DNA from: Verrucomicrobiota bacterium
GTDB lineage: Bacteria > Verrucomicrobiota > Verrucomicrobiia > Limisphaerales > UBA11358
Assembly: GCA_028872915.1 (NCBI GenBank)
Contig: JAGWNY010000008.1
Location: 2,165 to 66,164, forward strand
DNA length: 64,000 nucleotides
Direction of reading: 5' to 3'
Shown one piece after another: positions 1 through 7,625 of this stretch. The first letter of the stretch is position 1, and each line of letters begins with the position of its first letter. The translations under genes and the position numbers were made by a program. Under the pieces are notes generated by a model that was not told the DNA's origin, ran no database searches, and saw nothing but the letters and a program-made list of their open reading frames with translations.

Positions 1-81
1 TGTTAAGCCACATACAGCAGCGATTGGTGTTGGTCTGTGGCGGCGAATGTGCCGATGATTTTGTTCATGCTACATCCGTTG

Positions 82-471
82 ACAGGATGGACGGGATTTA
101 CAGGATGGTGTTTTTCCCTGTTTTGATTTTTTGTCATCATGTCCATCTTGCCAATCCTGTCTGCTTTGTTTCTGACGTTCAGCATTTGGCTTTCGGTCTT
201 TGGTGGTTCCGTTGTTACTCTTTTTGTTGCGCTCTTTCAAGGGTAATATCGTTTTTCGCCATTTCGCGCACGGACGCGGCTGCGGAATGGACAGGATGAA
301 CGGAATGATTTCACCACAGAGGCGCGGAGAACACGGAGGGGCGGAAGGCGGAAAGGCTAAAGGCGTGGCGACAGGATGGACAGGATGAGCGGGATTTACA
401 GGATGGGATTTCATCGGAACTGCTGTTGTTTGTCTTTTATCCTGGTCGTCCTGTTCATCCTGTCCTGATTC
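82..471. repeat. Cluster of tandem and inverted 9-bp ACAGGATGR units in apparently non-coding DNA
   Basis: Forward units lie at 82-108, 283-308 and 371-406 (acaggatgg/acaggatga/gcgggattt). Reverse-complement units lie at 439-465 (atcctggtc gtcctgttc atcctgtcc), with a degenerate reverse copy at 139-167. GGACAGGATGA (378-388) is exactly complementary to TCATCCTGTCC (455-465). Confidence 0.8.
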
Positions 472-534
472 TTTCGCGGACCCGCCGGCGGCCATTTGAC
501 AAACGGCGGCGGTTGCTGGCACATTGTCAGCGTC

Positions 535-786
535 ATGAGCATTACCGTTCAACTGGATTTGCCGGAGGCACTGGTGAACGAGGCCCGCGCCAACGGCCTG
601 CTGAATTCCGCGCCGCTGGGCGGTTTGCTTGCCGCCGAGTTGCGTCGGCGCAAGGCCGCCGCTGAATTGAACGGCGTGCTGGCTGGCATCCGCGCGCAGC
701 CCGGCGAGGCGATGTCCGAAGCGGACCTCGCCGCCGAGATCAAGGCCGCCCGAAAGGAGCGGCGGGCGCGTGAAACTGGTCGTTGA
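535..786 (+). CDS. Putative antitoxin paired with the downstream PIN toxin
   Basis: Small ORF (MSITVQLDLPEALVNEARANGLL...) whose end overlaps the GTG start of the PIN gene at 770. The size and position fit a type II antitoxin. The start was chosen at the internal Met of ORF 496..786. Confidence 0.55.
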   Translation: MSITVQLDLPEALVNEARANGLLNSAPLGGLLAAELRRRKAAAELNGVLAGIRAQPGEAMSEADLAAEIKAARKERRARETGR

Positions 787-1426
787 CACGAACACGATCA
801 TCTCCGGCTCGCTTTGGCAGGGACCGCCCGCACGATTAATTTCCGCCGCACTGGCCGGGCAAGCGCAGATGTTTCTTTCCCTGCCGATGCTTCTGGAATT
901 GCAGGAAACCTTCCAACGTCCAAAATTTGCGCGACGTCTGGCTTCCCAGGGCGAAACACCGGTTTCATTGGCGGCCCGGTTCCGCGCCGCCTGCCACGAA
1001 GCCGTGCCCGCCCGCATCATCCCTCCCGCCGAATTGCGTGATCCCGATGACGTGCATGTTTTGGCGTGCGCGGTCTCTGCCGAAGCCGATGCCATCGTGA
1101 CCGGCGACAAGGATTTGCTGGCGATGAAAACTTTCCAAGGCATCCCCATCATCGAGGCGTCGGAAGCATTGAAACGGCTGGGGCCGATGGGTGAAGGCGG
1201 AAGGCGGGACGACAGGATGAACAGGATGAACAGGATGAAAGACATTGGCGGAACAATCCGGCCGCGGATTTTTTGGGGAAAGCGGTGTCACGGCCACCGC
1301 ACTCCACGACGGCAAGCGGTTGTGCAAAGGCTGTTCACCACGGAGGCACCAGAAAAATTGTCAAATTGTCAGATTATCAGATTGCGGCGCGGCGCCGGTT
1401 ACCAATCTTTGATGGGGGTGTTTTGA
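770..1426 (+). CDS. PIN-domain toxin (toxin-antitoxin system toxin component, PIN family) with an atypical ~80-aa C-terminal extension
   Basis: N-terminus MKLVVDTNTIISGSLW and ...DDVHVLACAVSAEADAIVTGDKDLL are typical PIN acidic-residue motifs. After ~aa 135 the frame runs through the 9-mer repeat (DRMNRMNRMK) to a stop at 1426. Confidence 0.75.
   Translation: MKLVVDTNTIISGSLWQGPPARLISAALAGQAQMFLSLPMLLELQETFQRPKFARRLASQGETPVSLAARFRAACHEAVPARIIPPAELRDPDDVHVLACAVSAEADAIVTGDKDLLAMKTFQGIPIIEASEALKRLGPMGEGGRRDDRMNRMNRMKDIGGTIRPRIFWGKRCHGHRTPRRQAVVQRLFTTEAPEKLSNCQIIRLRRGAGYQSLMGVF
1212..1238. repeat. Three perfect tandem ACAGGATGA units
   Basis: acaggatga x3 at 1212-1238. This is the same unit as in the 82-471 cluster and lies inside the 3' extension of the PIN ORF. 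Confidence 0.9.
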
Positions 1427-1938
1427 GGGGGCGGAGGCTTGGGTTTCAATTGCAGAAATTGTTCGTTGTCTTTTTGAGAATCCAAGAGGCGTTTGGCCTG
1501 GCTGGGCGTCATTTTATCCTGGAGGGCGGCCTGGGATTGGGTTTGGGATTGTTTTTGGGCGGAGGACTGTTTTTGATCGGGTTGGCCGTTTTGGGGTTTT
1601 GGCGGGCTGGACTGATTGCCGGAATTTTGAGGGGAGGGGTTCTGGGGTTGCGGGTTTTTGGGCTGGTTTTGGCGGGATTGGTTTTGTTGGTTTTTGTTTT
1701 GCTGGGATTGGCTTTGTTGGTTTTGTTTCTGTTGTTGCTTGAGCAATTTTTCGAGTTTTTGAAGTTCGACGTTGGCAGGATAAAGTTTCAAGCCGGCCTC
1801 GGTTTTTTGGAGGGCGGCGGGGACGTTGTTGGAGATGTAGAGTTGGGCGCCGCTGTTAAAGAAGGCGGCGGGGGACTGGGCAGTGGCGGCAAGGGCGGCC
1901 AGGAGCAATTCAAGGATGATGAGGAGTCGCGATGGCAT
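1399..1938 (-). CDS. Secreted Q/N/P-rich protein, terminal gene of the Bat-type operon (BatC-like position)
   Basis: Signal-peptide-like N-terminus MPSRLLIILELLLAALAATAQS, then one TPR-like helix pair, then a low-complexity stretch QQQKQNQQSQSQQNKNQQNQ. The gene overlaps the batB stop and is on the same strand as the operon. Confidence 0.5.
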   Translation of the reverse strand: MPSRLLIILELLLAALAATAQSPAAFFNSGAQLYISNNVPAALQKTEAGLKLYPANVELQKLEKLLKQQQKQNQQSQSQQNKNQQNQSRQNQPKNPQPQNPSPQNSGNQSSPPKPQNGQPDQKQSSAQKQSQTQSQAALQDKMTPSQAKRLLDSQKDNEQFLQLKPKPPPPQNTPIKDW

Positions 1939-3640
1939 CTATGTTTTGGAGGCGTTTGGTGTAGTCGTGGAATTGTTTGGCGGCGACGGTTTTTTCGAGG
2001 GGCAGCATGATTTCGAGGGCCTTGTGAAATTCGGCGCGGCGGACGGCGGCGTCGGCCTGGCTCTTGGCGCGCAGCAGGATTGCGCGGAGGCGTTTGATTT
2101 GTTCGACGGCATTTTTGACGAAGGCGAGGTTGAAGGCGGCGTCGGTGTCGTTGGTGTCGAGCAGGACGGCGTGTTGATAGCTTTTTTGGGCGGTTTCGAG
2201 GCCGGCGAGCAGTCCATCAAGGTCGGGGGCGGATTTGGCGAGTTGGAACCGGGCATTGCCGAGATTGAACATGGCCTTTTGCTGGAGGCGCAGGTCGGGG
2301 GAGAGGGCGGCCTGCTGGAAGAAGGCGGCGGCTTGATCGAAATTGGTGGCGCGATAGGCGGCGTCGCCGGCATCGAAGGCGAGGCGGAGGTCGTTGGTAT
2401 CCAGATCGGCGAGGCGCGAGAATTCGGCCAGGGCGTTTGTGTAATTGGCGGAACGATAGTCGTGAAGCGCGGCGGAGGGGGAGGCGAGGGCGGAGAGGGG
2501 CAGGAGGAGGAGAAGGGCGAGTGGGATGACACCGAGAGCCACGCCGGGGCGAGGAAGCGGCGGGGTTTGCGGCGCGGTTTGCGGGGCGGGCCGTGCATTG
2601 GCGGCGGGAGCGGCTTGAGGAGGGGAGGTTTTTCGGCGTTCGGGCAGAAAAATTTCGGCCAGGAGGAGGGCGATGGCGGCGGCGAGGGGCCATTGGTATT
2701 GTTCGTGCCAGCGGCGGATGACGAGACCCTGGCCAACTGTTTTGGGCAGGAGGGCCAGGCCGCGGGAATAGAGGGTGTCCATGGCGGCGGCGCCGCGCAA
2801 GGGGAGATAAAACGCGCCGGTGGTTTGGGCGATTTGGCGAAGGAGGGAAGCGTCCAAATGGGATTTGACCACGTTGCCCTGGGCGTCGCGGACGTAATCG
2901 GAATTTCCATTGGCGTCCTCGACCCGGAGCAGGTCGCCGGTTTTTGTGCCGATGCCGACGGTGAAAATTTTGAGGCCGGTTTTGGCGGCGGCCTGGGCGG
3001 CCTGGAGGGCGGCGGCGGGGTTGACGGTGTCCTCGCCATCGGTGAGCAGCACCAAGGCCTGATGGCCGGCGGCGCGGGCAAAGGCGGTTTGGGCGGTTTG
3101 AATGGCGGCGGCGATGTCGGTGCCGCCCAGGGGGAGTGAATTGACGTCGAGGGCCTGAACGCTTTCCTGAAAGGCGGTGTTGTCAATGGTCATGGGGCAT
3201 TCGAGGAAGGCATCGCCGGCGAAGGCGACGAGGCCGAGGCGGTCGGATTGGGCGTCCTGCATCAATTCGAGGGCGGCGAGTTTGGCGCGTTCCAGGCGGT
3301 CCGGGGCGATGTCGCGGGCCAACATGCTTTTGGAAACGTCAATGGCAACGATGATGTCGAGGCCGCGTTGCTGGACGGGTTGGAGGTCGAAGCCATGTTG
3401 GGGGCGGGCGAGGGCGACGATGAGAAGGGCGGCAGCGAGAACGAGGAGGGAAAAACGGATTTTGCGCCGGAGGGGCGAGACGCCGGCGGTGAGGACGGGC
3501 AGCAGGCGGGCCTGGACGAATTGGACCAGGAGCTTGCGGCGCCCCCGTTCGCGCCACCAGAAAAAGAGGGCCAAAGCCGGCGGAATGACCAGCAGGAGCC
3601 AGAGGAGATGGGGGTTTTGGAAGCGCATGGGGGACTTCAA
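1910..3640 (-). CDS. batB: BatB-like von Willebrand factor A domain plus TPR membrane protein
   Basis: N-terminal TM segments, then a VWA core (DIIVAIDVSKSM...LVLLTDGEDT...KIFTVGIG), then C-terminal TPR-like repeats. It follows batA in a moxR/DUF58 operon. Confidence 0.8.
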   Translation of the reverse strand: MKSPMRFQNPHLLWLLLVIPPALALFFWWRERGRRKLLVQFVQARLLPVLTAGVSPLRRKIRFSLLVLAAALLIVALARPQHGFDLQPVQQRGLDIIVAIDVSKSMLARDIAPDRLERAKLAALELMQDAQSDRLGLVAFAGDAFLECPMTIDNTAFQESVQALDVNSLPLGGTDIAAAIQTAQTAFARAAGHQALVLLTDGEDTVNPAAALQAAQAAAKTGLKIFTVGIGTKTGDLLRVEDANGNSDYVRDAQGNVVKSHLDASLLRQIAQTTGAFYLPLRGAAAMDTLYSRGLALLPKTVGQGLVIRRWHEQYQWPLAAAIALLLAEIFLPERRKTSPPQAAPAANARPAPQTAPQTPPLPRPGVALGVIPLALLLLLPLSALASPSAALHDYRSANYTNALAEFSRLADLDTNDLRLAFDAGDAAYRATNFDQAAAFFQQAALSPDLRLQQKAMFNLGNARFQLAKSAPDLDGLLAGLETAQKSYQHAVLLDTNDTDAAFNLAFVKNAVEQIKRLRAILLRAKSQADAAVRRAEFHKALEIMLPLEKTVAAKQFHDYTKRLQNIDAIATPHHP

Positions 3641-3665
3641 GAATGGATTTGGGCCGATGCGAACT

Positions 3666-4637
3666 TCACGGGAGCCTCCTCAAGATGGTTTGGGCCAGAC
3701 CCGCCTCGGCGAGGAGGAGGGCCAGGCCGGTGGAAACCAGCCAGGGAAAGAACTCCTTGTATTGGGTGAATTTACTAATGGTTTCGGTGGATTTTTCGAG
3801 TTTGTTAATGTCGCCGTAAATGGCCTTGAGTTCGCCGGTATTGCGGGCGCGATAGAATTTGCCGTCCGTGACGCGCGCGATGTTTTGAAGCAAGTCCGTG
3901 TCGGGCAGATAATCGGCGGGCAGACCCATTTCTTCGACGAGCTGACGGTTGCCGAGGCCGATGGTGTAAATTTTGACGCCGAGGGCGGCAGCGGCCTGGG
4001 CGGCGGCGACGGGGTCCGTCCGGCCCGCGTTGTTTCCACCGTCGGTCATGAGGATGATGATTTTGCTTTTGGCCTTGAGATCGCGGAGGCGGTTGAGAGC
4101 GGTGACGAGGCCATCGCCGATGGCGGTAGAATCCGGGTCAATGACGCCGATGGAAAGGCGGTTGAGGTCTTCGAGGAGGAAATTGTGGTCGAGGGTGAGG
4201 GGCGTGGCGATGAAGGCGCGCTTTGCAAATGCCACCAGGCCGATGCGGTCGTCGGGGCGTCCGGCGATGAATTTTTCGAGGACGGTTTTGGCGACGTTGA
4301 AGCGGCTGATCTGCCCGTTATTAATTACGTAGTCGGGGGTGTTCATGCTGCCGGAAAGGTCGAAGGCGACGGCGATGTCAATGCCGCTGGCTTTGACAAC
4401 GGTCCGGCTTTTCATCCAATGCGGCCGGGCGAGGGCGACGATGAGGAGGGCCAGGGCGAGCCAGCGCAACGCGGCGAGGAAGCGCCCGGCGCGGGAGCGG
4501 CGGATGCTGGAGAGGCCCTCAATCAATTTCAGCGAGGAATAGAGGAATGCCGGGGAACTGCCGCGGCGTCCCTTGAGCCAGATGGCGGGGGGCAGGAGGA
4601 GGAGAAGCCAGAGAAAATAAGGATGGGCAAATTGCAT
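3666..4637 (-). CDS. batA: BatA-like VWA domain membrane protein
   Basis: MQFAHPYFLWLLLLLP N-terminus. VWA MIDAS region IDIAVAFDLSGSM, then IILMTDGGNNAG and KIYTIGLG, with a C-terminal TM segment. Confidence 0.85.
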   Translation of the reverse strand: MQFAHPYFLWLLLLLPPAIWLKGRRGSSPAFLYSSLKLIEGLSSIRRSRAGRFLAALRWLALALLIVALARPHWMKSRTVVKASGIDIAVAFDLSGSMNTPDYVINNGQISRFNVAKTVLEKFIAGRPDDRIGLVAFAKRAFIATPLTLDHNFLLEDLNRLSIGVIDPDSTAIGDGLVTALNRLRDLKAKSKIIILMTDGGNNAGRTDPVAAAQAAAALGVKIYTIGLGNRQLVEEMGLPADYLPDTDLLQNIARVTDGKFYRARNTGELKAIYGDINKLEKSTETISKFTQYKEFFPWLVSTGLALLLAEAGLAQTILRRLP

Positions 4638-4643
4638 TTTCGA

Positions 4644-5228
4644 TTATGAATTTGACACTTCGGCAGGAAGAGGCGGCGGAACGGCGGTTGGGGCGGCCGG
4701 AGCGGCCGGAGCGGCCGGGCCTTCCATGCCTTTGGGTTCGGTTTCATCCACGAGTTGAAGGGCGGATTGGTGGAGAGCGAGCAATTCATTTTCGCGAGGT
4801 TCATATTTGGCGAATTTGACGAGGTCGCAGCTTTCCAGGAATTGGGCGAGACTTTGTTTTTGGCCTGGGGTGAGGCGGTCGGTCCGGGTGAGTTCGCGAA
4901 GGAATTCCTCGGTGGTGCGTTCCGGGGCGCGGAAGTCGAACCGTTGTTCGAGATAGACGCGGATGGCATGGGAAACGAGGGTGCAAAAGGGCTTTGGCTG
5001 GCCGATGAATTGGAGGGCCTTTTCGAGCATTTGGCGGGCGCGAACGTGGGAAGGAACGGGGGGCACGATGGGAACGCGGGCGCGACGCCTGCGCCAGGCG
5101 CGCCAGGCGACGAACAAGGCGGCCAGAACGGTGATGGCGGCGACGGCCCACCAAAGGGGCGTCCATTCGTTGGGGATGGGAATGGGCGGCTTGATGTCGC
5201 GGATGTCGTTGGGCGTTGCCGTGGTCAC
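4644..5228 (-). CDS. DUF4381-type single-pass membrane protein of MoxR/Bat operons
   Basis: DIRDIKPPIPIP followed by a TM helix and WRRRR. The conserved C-terminal part contains CDLVKFAKY. It sits between the DUF58 gene and batA. Confidence 0.7.
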   Translation of the reverse strand: MTTATPNDIRDIKPPIPIPNEWTPLWWAVAAITVLAALFVAWRAWRRRRARVPIVPPVPSHVRARQMLEKALQFIGQPKPFCTLVSHAIRVYLEQRFDFRAPERTTEEFLRELTRTDRLTPGQKQSLAQFLESCDLVKFAKYEPRENELLALHQSALQLVDETEPKGMEGPAAPAAPAAPTAVPPPLPAEVSNS

Positions 5229-5261
5229 AAGCTTTTCACCAATGGAGCGGGGAGGGGCGCA

Positions 5262-6245
5262 TCAGCCGCGCAGCCGCCGTCGTTCGCGCGTTTCAAAAAA
5301 TCCGCCCAGGGCGGCGTTGTACGGTTCGTCGGTGCGCAATTGGATGGAATCAATTCCGGCGGAGCGGAGTTGGCGGGCGACGAGGGCGATTTGGCGAGCT
5401 CGCCGGGCGGCAAAGGCCTGGCGGTTGCGGGCGTTGCCGGTGTGCAATTCGAGGATTTCGCCGGTTTCAGCATCTTCAAGGACGAGGCGTCCGAGCGCGG
5501 GCAGTTCCAGTTCGTAGCGGTCGGTGATTTGGACGGCGACGACGTCGTGGCGGCGATTGGCCATGCGCAAGGCGGTCTGGACGCGCTGGGACAATGGCAT
5601 TTCGGCCAGGGCAGACGGCGGAGGAGGAGCGGCGGGGCGAGCGGGGCGCGGAAGGGGGGCGGGGAGGGGCGGGGGCGCGGCATTGCGCTCGAGAAAATCG
5701 GAGATGACGACGGCGATGGCCTTATGCGTGAGAACGCGGCCCATAAATTCGAGGGCGGCGGCAAGATCGGTGCCGCGGCCGCGGGGTTCGAAGAAAAGGA
5801 CTTCGCGAATGACGCGCAGGACATGGCCGCGGCCCTTGCGGGGCGGGATGAATTTTTCGACGTCGTCGGTGAAGAGGAGGAGGCCGACTTTATCGTTGTT
5901 GCGGATGGCGGAGAAAGCGAGGACGGAGGCGATTTCGGCGGCGAGTTCGCGTTTGGATTGGGCGCGTGAGCCGAAGAGGCCGGAGCCGCTGACGTCCACA
6001 ACGAGGATGAGGGTGAGTTCGCGCTCCTCGACGAACTTTTTGATGAAGGGATGGTTCATGCGGGCGGTGACGTTCCAATCAATGGAACGGACGTCATCGC
6101 CGGGCTGATATTCGCGGACTTCATCGAAATTCATGCCCTGGCCCTTGAAGACGCTGTGATAGGCGCCGGCGAGGGATTCGCTGACAAGCCGGTTGGTGCG
6201 GATTTCGATCTGGCGGATTTTTTTGAGGATATCGCGTGGGATCAT
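5262..6245 (-). CDS. DUF58 domain protein (MoxR-associated, VWA-like)
   Basis: MIPRDILKKIRQIEIRTNRLV...FKGQGMNFDEVREYQPGDDVRSIDWNVTAR...LILVVDVSGS is the classic DUF58 signature. There is an internal Pro/Ala-rich insertion. Confidence 0.9.
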   Translation of the reverse strand: MIPRDILKKIRQIEIRTNRLVSESLAGAYHSVFKGQGMNFDEVREYQPGDDVRSIDWNVTARMNHPFIKKFVEERELTLILVVDVSGSGLFGSRAQSKRELAAEIASVLAFSAIRNNDKVGLLLFTDDVEKFIPPRKGRGHVLRVIREVLFFEPRGRGTDLAAALEFMGRVLTHKAIAVVISDFLERNAAPPPLPAPLPRPARPAAPPPPSALAEMPLSQRVQTALRMANRRHDVVAVQITDRYELELPALGRLVLEDAETGEILELHTGNARNRQAFAARRARQIALVARQLRSAGIDSIQLRTDEPYNAALGGFFETRERRRLRG

Positions 6246-6246
6246 G
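6198..6246. repeat. Direct repeat copy 1 (functional 5' end of the DUF58 gene)
   Basis: GCGGATTTCGATCTGGCGGATTTTTTTGAGGATATCGCGTGGGATCATG. On the minus strand this encodes MIPRDILKKIRQIEIR. Confidence 0.95.
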
Positions 6247-6249
6247 GGC

Positions 6250-6277
6250 TTGCAAAAAGCACAACGGCAGGTAGGTT
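6250..6277 (+). promoter_or_regulatory. Candidate sigma70-like promoter of TA cassette 1
   Basis: TTGCAA (6250-6255), a 16-nt spacer, then TAGGTT (6272-6277), just upstream of the ATG at 6285. The region is homologous to the head of cassette 2. Confidence 0.3.
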
Positions 6278-6284
6278 TGGGTTC

Positions 6285-6506
6285 ATGGATTCGGAATATG
6301 TATTAAAGGAAGCCCGCGCGCTGCCGTTCGCGGAACAAGTGGAATTGTGCCGCAACCTCTGGAACGACATCGTCCATTCGCACGAACTTTCACCCGGTGA
6401 AGCCGAAGTCATTGACCGCCGTCTCCAGGAGCATCTCGACCATCCCGACGACATTGTTTCGTTGGCCGAAGCCAAAGCCAGGCTCGACGCGAAATACGGG
6501 AAATGA
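6285..6506 (+). CDS. Putative addiction-module antitoxin component
   Basis: MDSEYVLKEARALPFAEQVELCRNLWNDI...EAEVIDRRLQEHLDHPDD resembles the small helical 'putative addiction module component' family. Its stop overlaps the toxin start (ATGA). Confidence 0.65.
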   Translation: MDSEYVLKEARALPFAEQVELCRNLWNDIVHSHELSPGEAEVIDRRLQEHLDHPDDIVSLAEAKARLDAKYGK

Positions 6507-6799
6507 ACCGCCGGTTTGTTCTTCGGCGCGTTGCGGAACAGGAGTTTGAACATTCCATTGCCTGGTATGAAAACCAGCGCAAAAGCCTGGGACAGAAATT
6601 TCGCTCCACGATTGAGGATTACTTTCAACAAATTGCGGACCACCCGGAATGGTTCACCAAAGTGCGAGGCGAAGTTCGCCGCGCCGTCGTCCGACGCTTT
6701 CCGTTTGTGATTCACTTTCTCGTCGAGAAGGAAGGCATTGTGATATTGTCTGTCTTCCACACGAGTCGCGACCCGGAGCAATTGAAATACCGACGATAA
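6503..6799 (+). CDS. ParE/RelE-superfamily type II toxin
   Basis: 98 aa. AEQEFEHSIAWYENQRKSLGQKF...ADHPEWF...RRFPFVIHFLVEKEGIVILSVFHTSRDP matches the ParE/RelE fold pattern. Confidence 0.75.
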   Translation: MNRRFVLRRVAEQEFEHSIAWYENQRKSLGQKFRSTIEDYFQQIADHPEWFTKVRGEVRRAVVRRFPFVIHFLVEKEGIVILSVFHTSRDPEQLKYRR

Positions 6800-6820
6800 A
6801 ATTTTCACGAGCAGCCTGGC

Positions 6821-6869
6821 GCGGATTTCGATCTGGCGGATTTTTTTGAGGATATCGCGGGGGATCATG
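6821..6869. repeat. Direct repeat copy 2 (orphan copy of the DUF58 5' end)
   Basis: Differs from copy 1 at one position within the 49-bp core (T>G). There is no DUF58 body behind it. Confidence 0.95.
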
Positions 6870-6941
6870 CGGTGGAAAAGGATGAAGGTTGCATGACGAA
6901 TGACGAATCCGCCGATCTCGGTTGTGGTTGGGAATTACCCC

Positions 6942-6969
6942 TTGCAGACACGGCAAATGAGGTTACAAT
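6942..6969 (+). promoter_or_regulatory. Candidate sigma70-like promoter of TA cassette 2
   Basis: TTGCAG (6942-6947), a 16-nt spacer, then TACAAT (6964-6969), 11 nt before the ATG at 6980. Confidence 0.35.
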
Positions 6970-6979
6970 TTGAATCAGG

Positions 6980-7198
6980 ATGAAAACGGTTGAAGCGATC
7001 ATTGAAACCAATGGCGAGGTGCATTTGGTCGAGCCGATTCGTGTTTTATCACCGCGTCGCGCACTGGTCACGATTCTTGAAGAAGCTCCGACCGCGCATG
7101 ACGCATCGCTGTTAAGCGAGGCGGCGCTGGCCGAGGATTGGAATCGCGCCGAGGAGGACGCCGCATGGGCACATTTGCAGCCGGCCAAGTCGTCATAG
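6980..7198 (+). CDS. Putative antitoxin of the MazF/PemK module
   Basis: 72-aa ORF directly upstream of, and overlapping, the MazF-like gene. The acidic C-terminus (EDWNRAEEDAAW) is typical of antitoxin tails. Confidence 0.55.
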   Translation: MKTVEAIIETNGEVHLVEPIRVLSPRRALVTILEEAPTAHDASLLSEAALAEDWNRAEEDAAWAHLQPAKSS

Positions 7199-7500
7199 TT
7201 CATTTCCCTTTCTCCGATCTCACGGCATCCAAGCTCCGGCCCGCGGTGGTGCTGGCGGAAGCCGGACGCGGCGATTGGATTCTCTGCCAGATCACCAGCA
7301 AATCCTACGGCGATGAAAAGGCCATTGCCTTGAACGCTTCCGATTTCGCACATGGCTCGCTTCGCCTGACCAGTTACGCGCGTCCCGGCAAACTGTTCAC
7401 CGCGCACAGCAGCCTCGTCGCCAATCAGGCGGGCGAATTGCAACCCGGAAAATTCTCCGCCGTGCGTGACGCCGTGGTCCGAATGATACAAAAGGGTTGA
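7165..7500 (+). CDS. MazF/PemK-family type II toxin (endoribonuclease)
   Basis: MGTFAAGQVVIVHFPFSDLTASKLRPAVVLAEAG...ILCQITSK...RPGKLFT is the PemK/MazF SH3-like signature. The start was taken at the internal Met of ORF 7138..7500. Confidence 0.8.
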   Translation: MGTFAAGQVVIVHFPFSDLTASKLRPAVVLAEAGRGDWILCQITSKSYGDEKAIALNASDFAHGSLRLTSYARPGKLFTAHSSLVANQAGELQPGKFSAVRDAVVRMIQKG

Positions 7501-7567
7501 AAGCGGCCGCCCGCAACGCGCGAAATGACGCGCAACGTTTCTCGAAACGCCCACGATGCGGTTCATC

Positions 7568-7615
7568 CGGATTTCGATCTGGCGGATTTTTTTGAGGATG
7601 TCGCGGGGGATCATG
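7568..7615. repeat. Direct repeat copy 3 (orphan copy of the DUF58 5' end, 11 nt downstream of the moxR stop)
   Basis: CGGATTTCGATCTGGCGGATTTTTTTGAGGATGTCGCGGGGGATCATG differs from copy 1 at two positions. Weaker similarity continues beyond the core (RMNRIVG versus RTNRLVS). Confidence 0.95.
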
Positions 7616-7625
7616 GGAGGATGGA

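Noticed and set aside
70-1245. 391-aa minus-strand ORF spanning the repeat region and the PIN module
   Set aside because: It runs antisense to the recognisable PIN and antitoxin genes. Its sequence is repeat-derived (FILFILFIL, HPVNPAHPVHPV) and of low complexity, so it is a shadow ORF.
6242-7614. ORFs 6242..6868 (208 aa) and 6865..7614 (249 aa) on the minus strand both begin MIPRDILKKIRQIEIR
   Set aside because: Only the first 16 codons (the repeat) resemble DUF58. The remainder is antisense to well-supported TA genes and has no protein-like features. They are by-products of the repeat, not genes.
82-7615. Possibility that the 9-bp repeats or the three 48-bp repeats are a CRISPR array
   Set aside because: The 9-mers are far too short and lie in contiguous tandem runs. 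The 48-bp repeats are separated by 574 and 698 bp, and those intervals contain complete genes. No cas genes are present.
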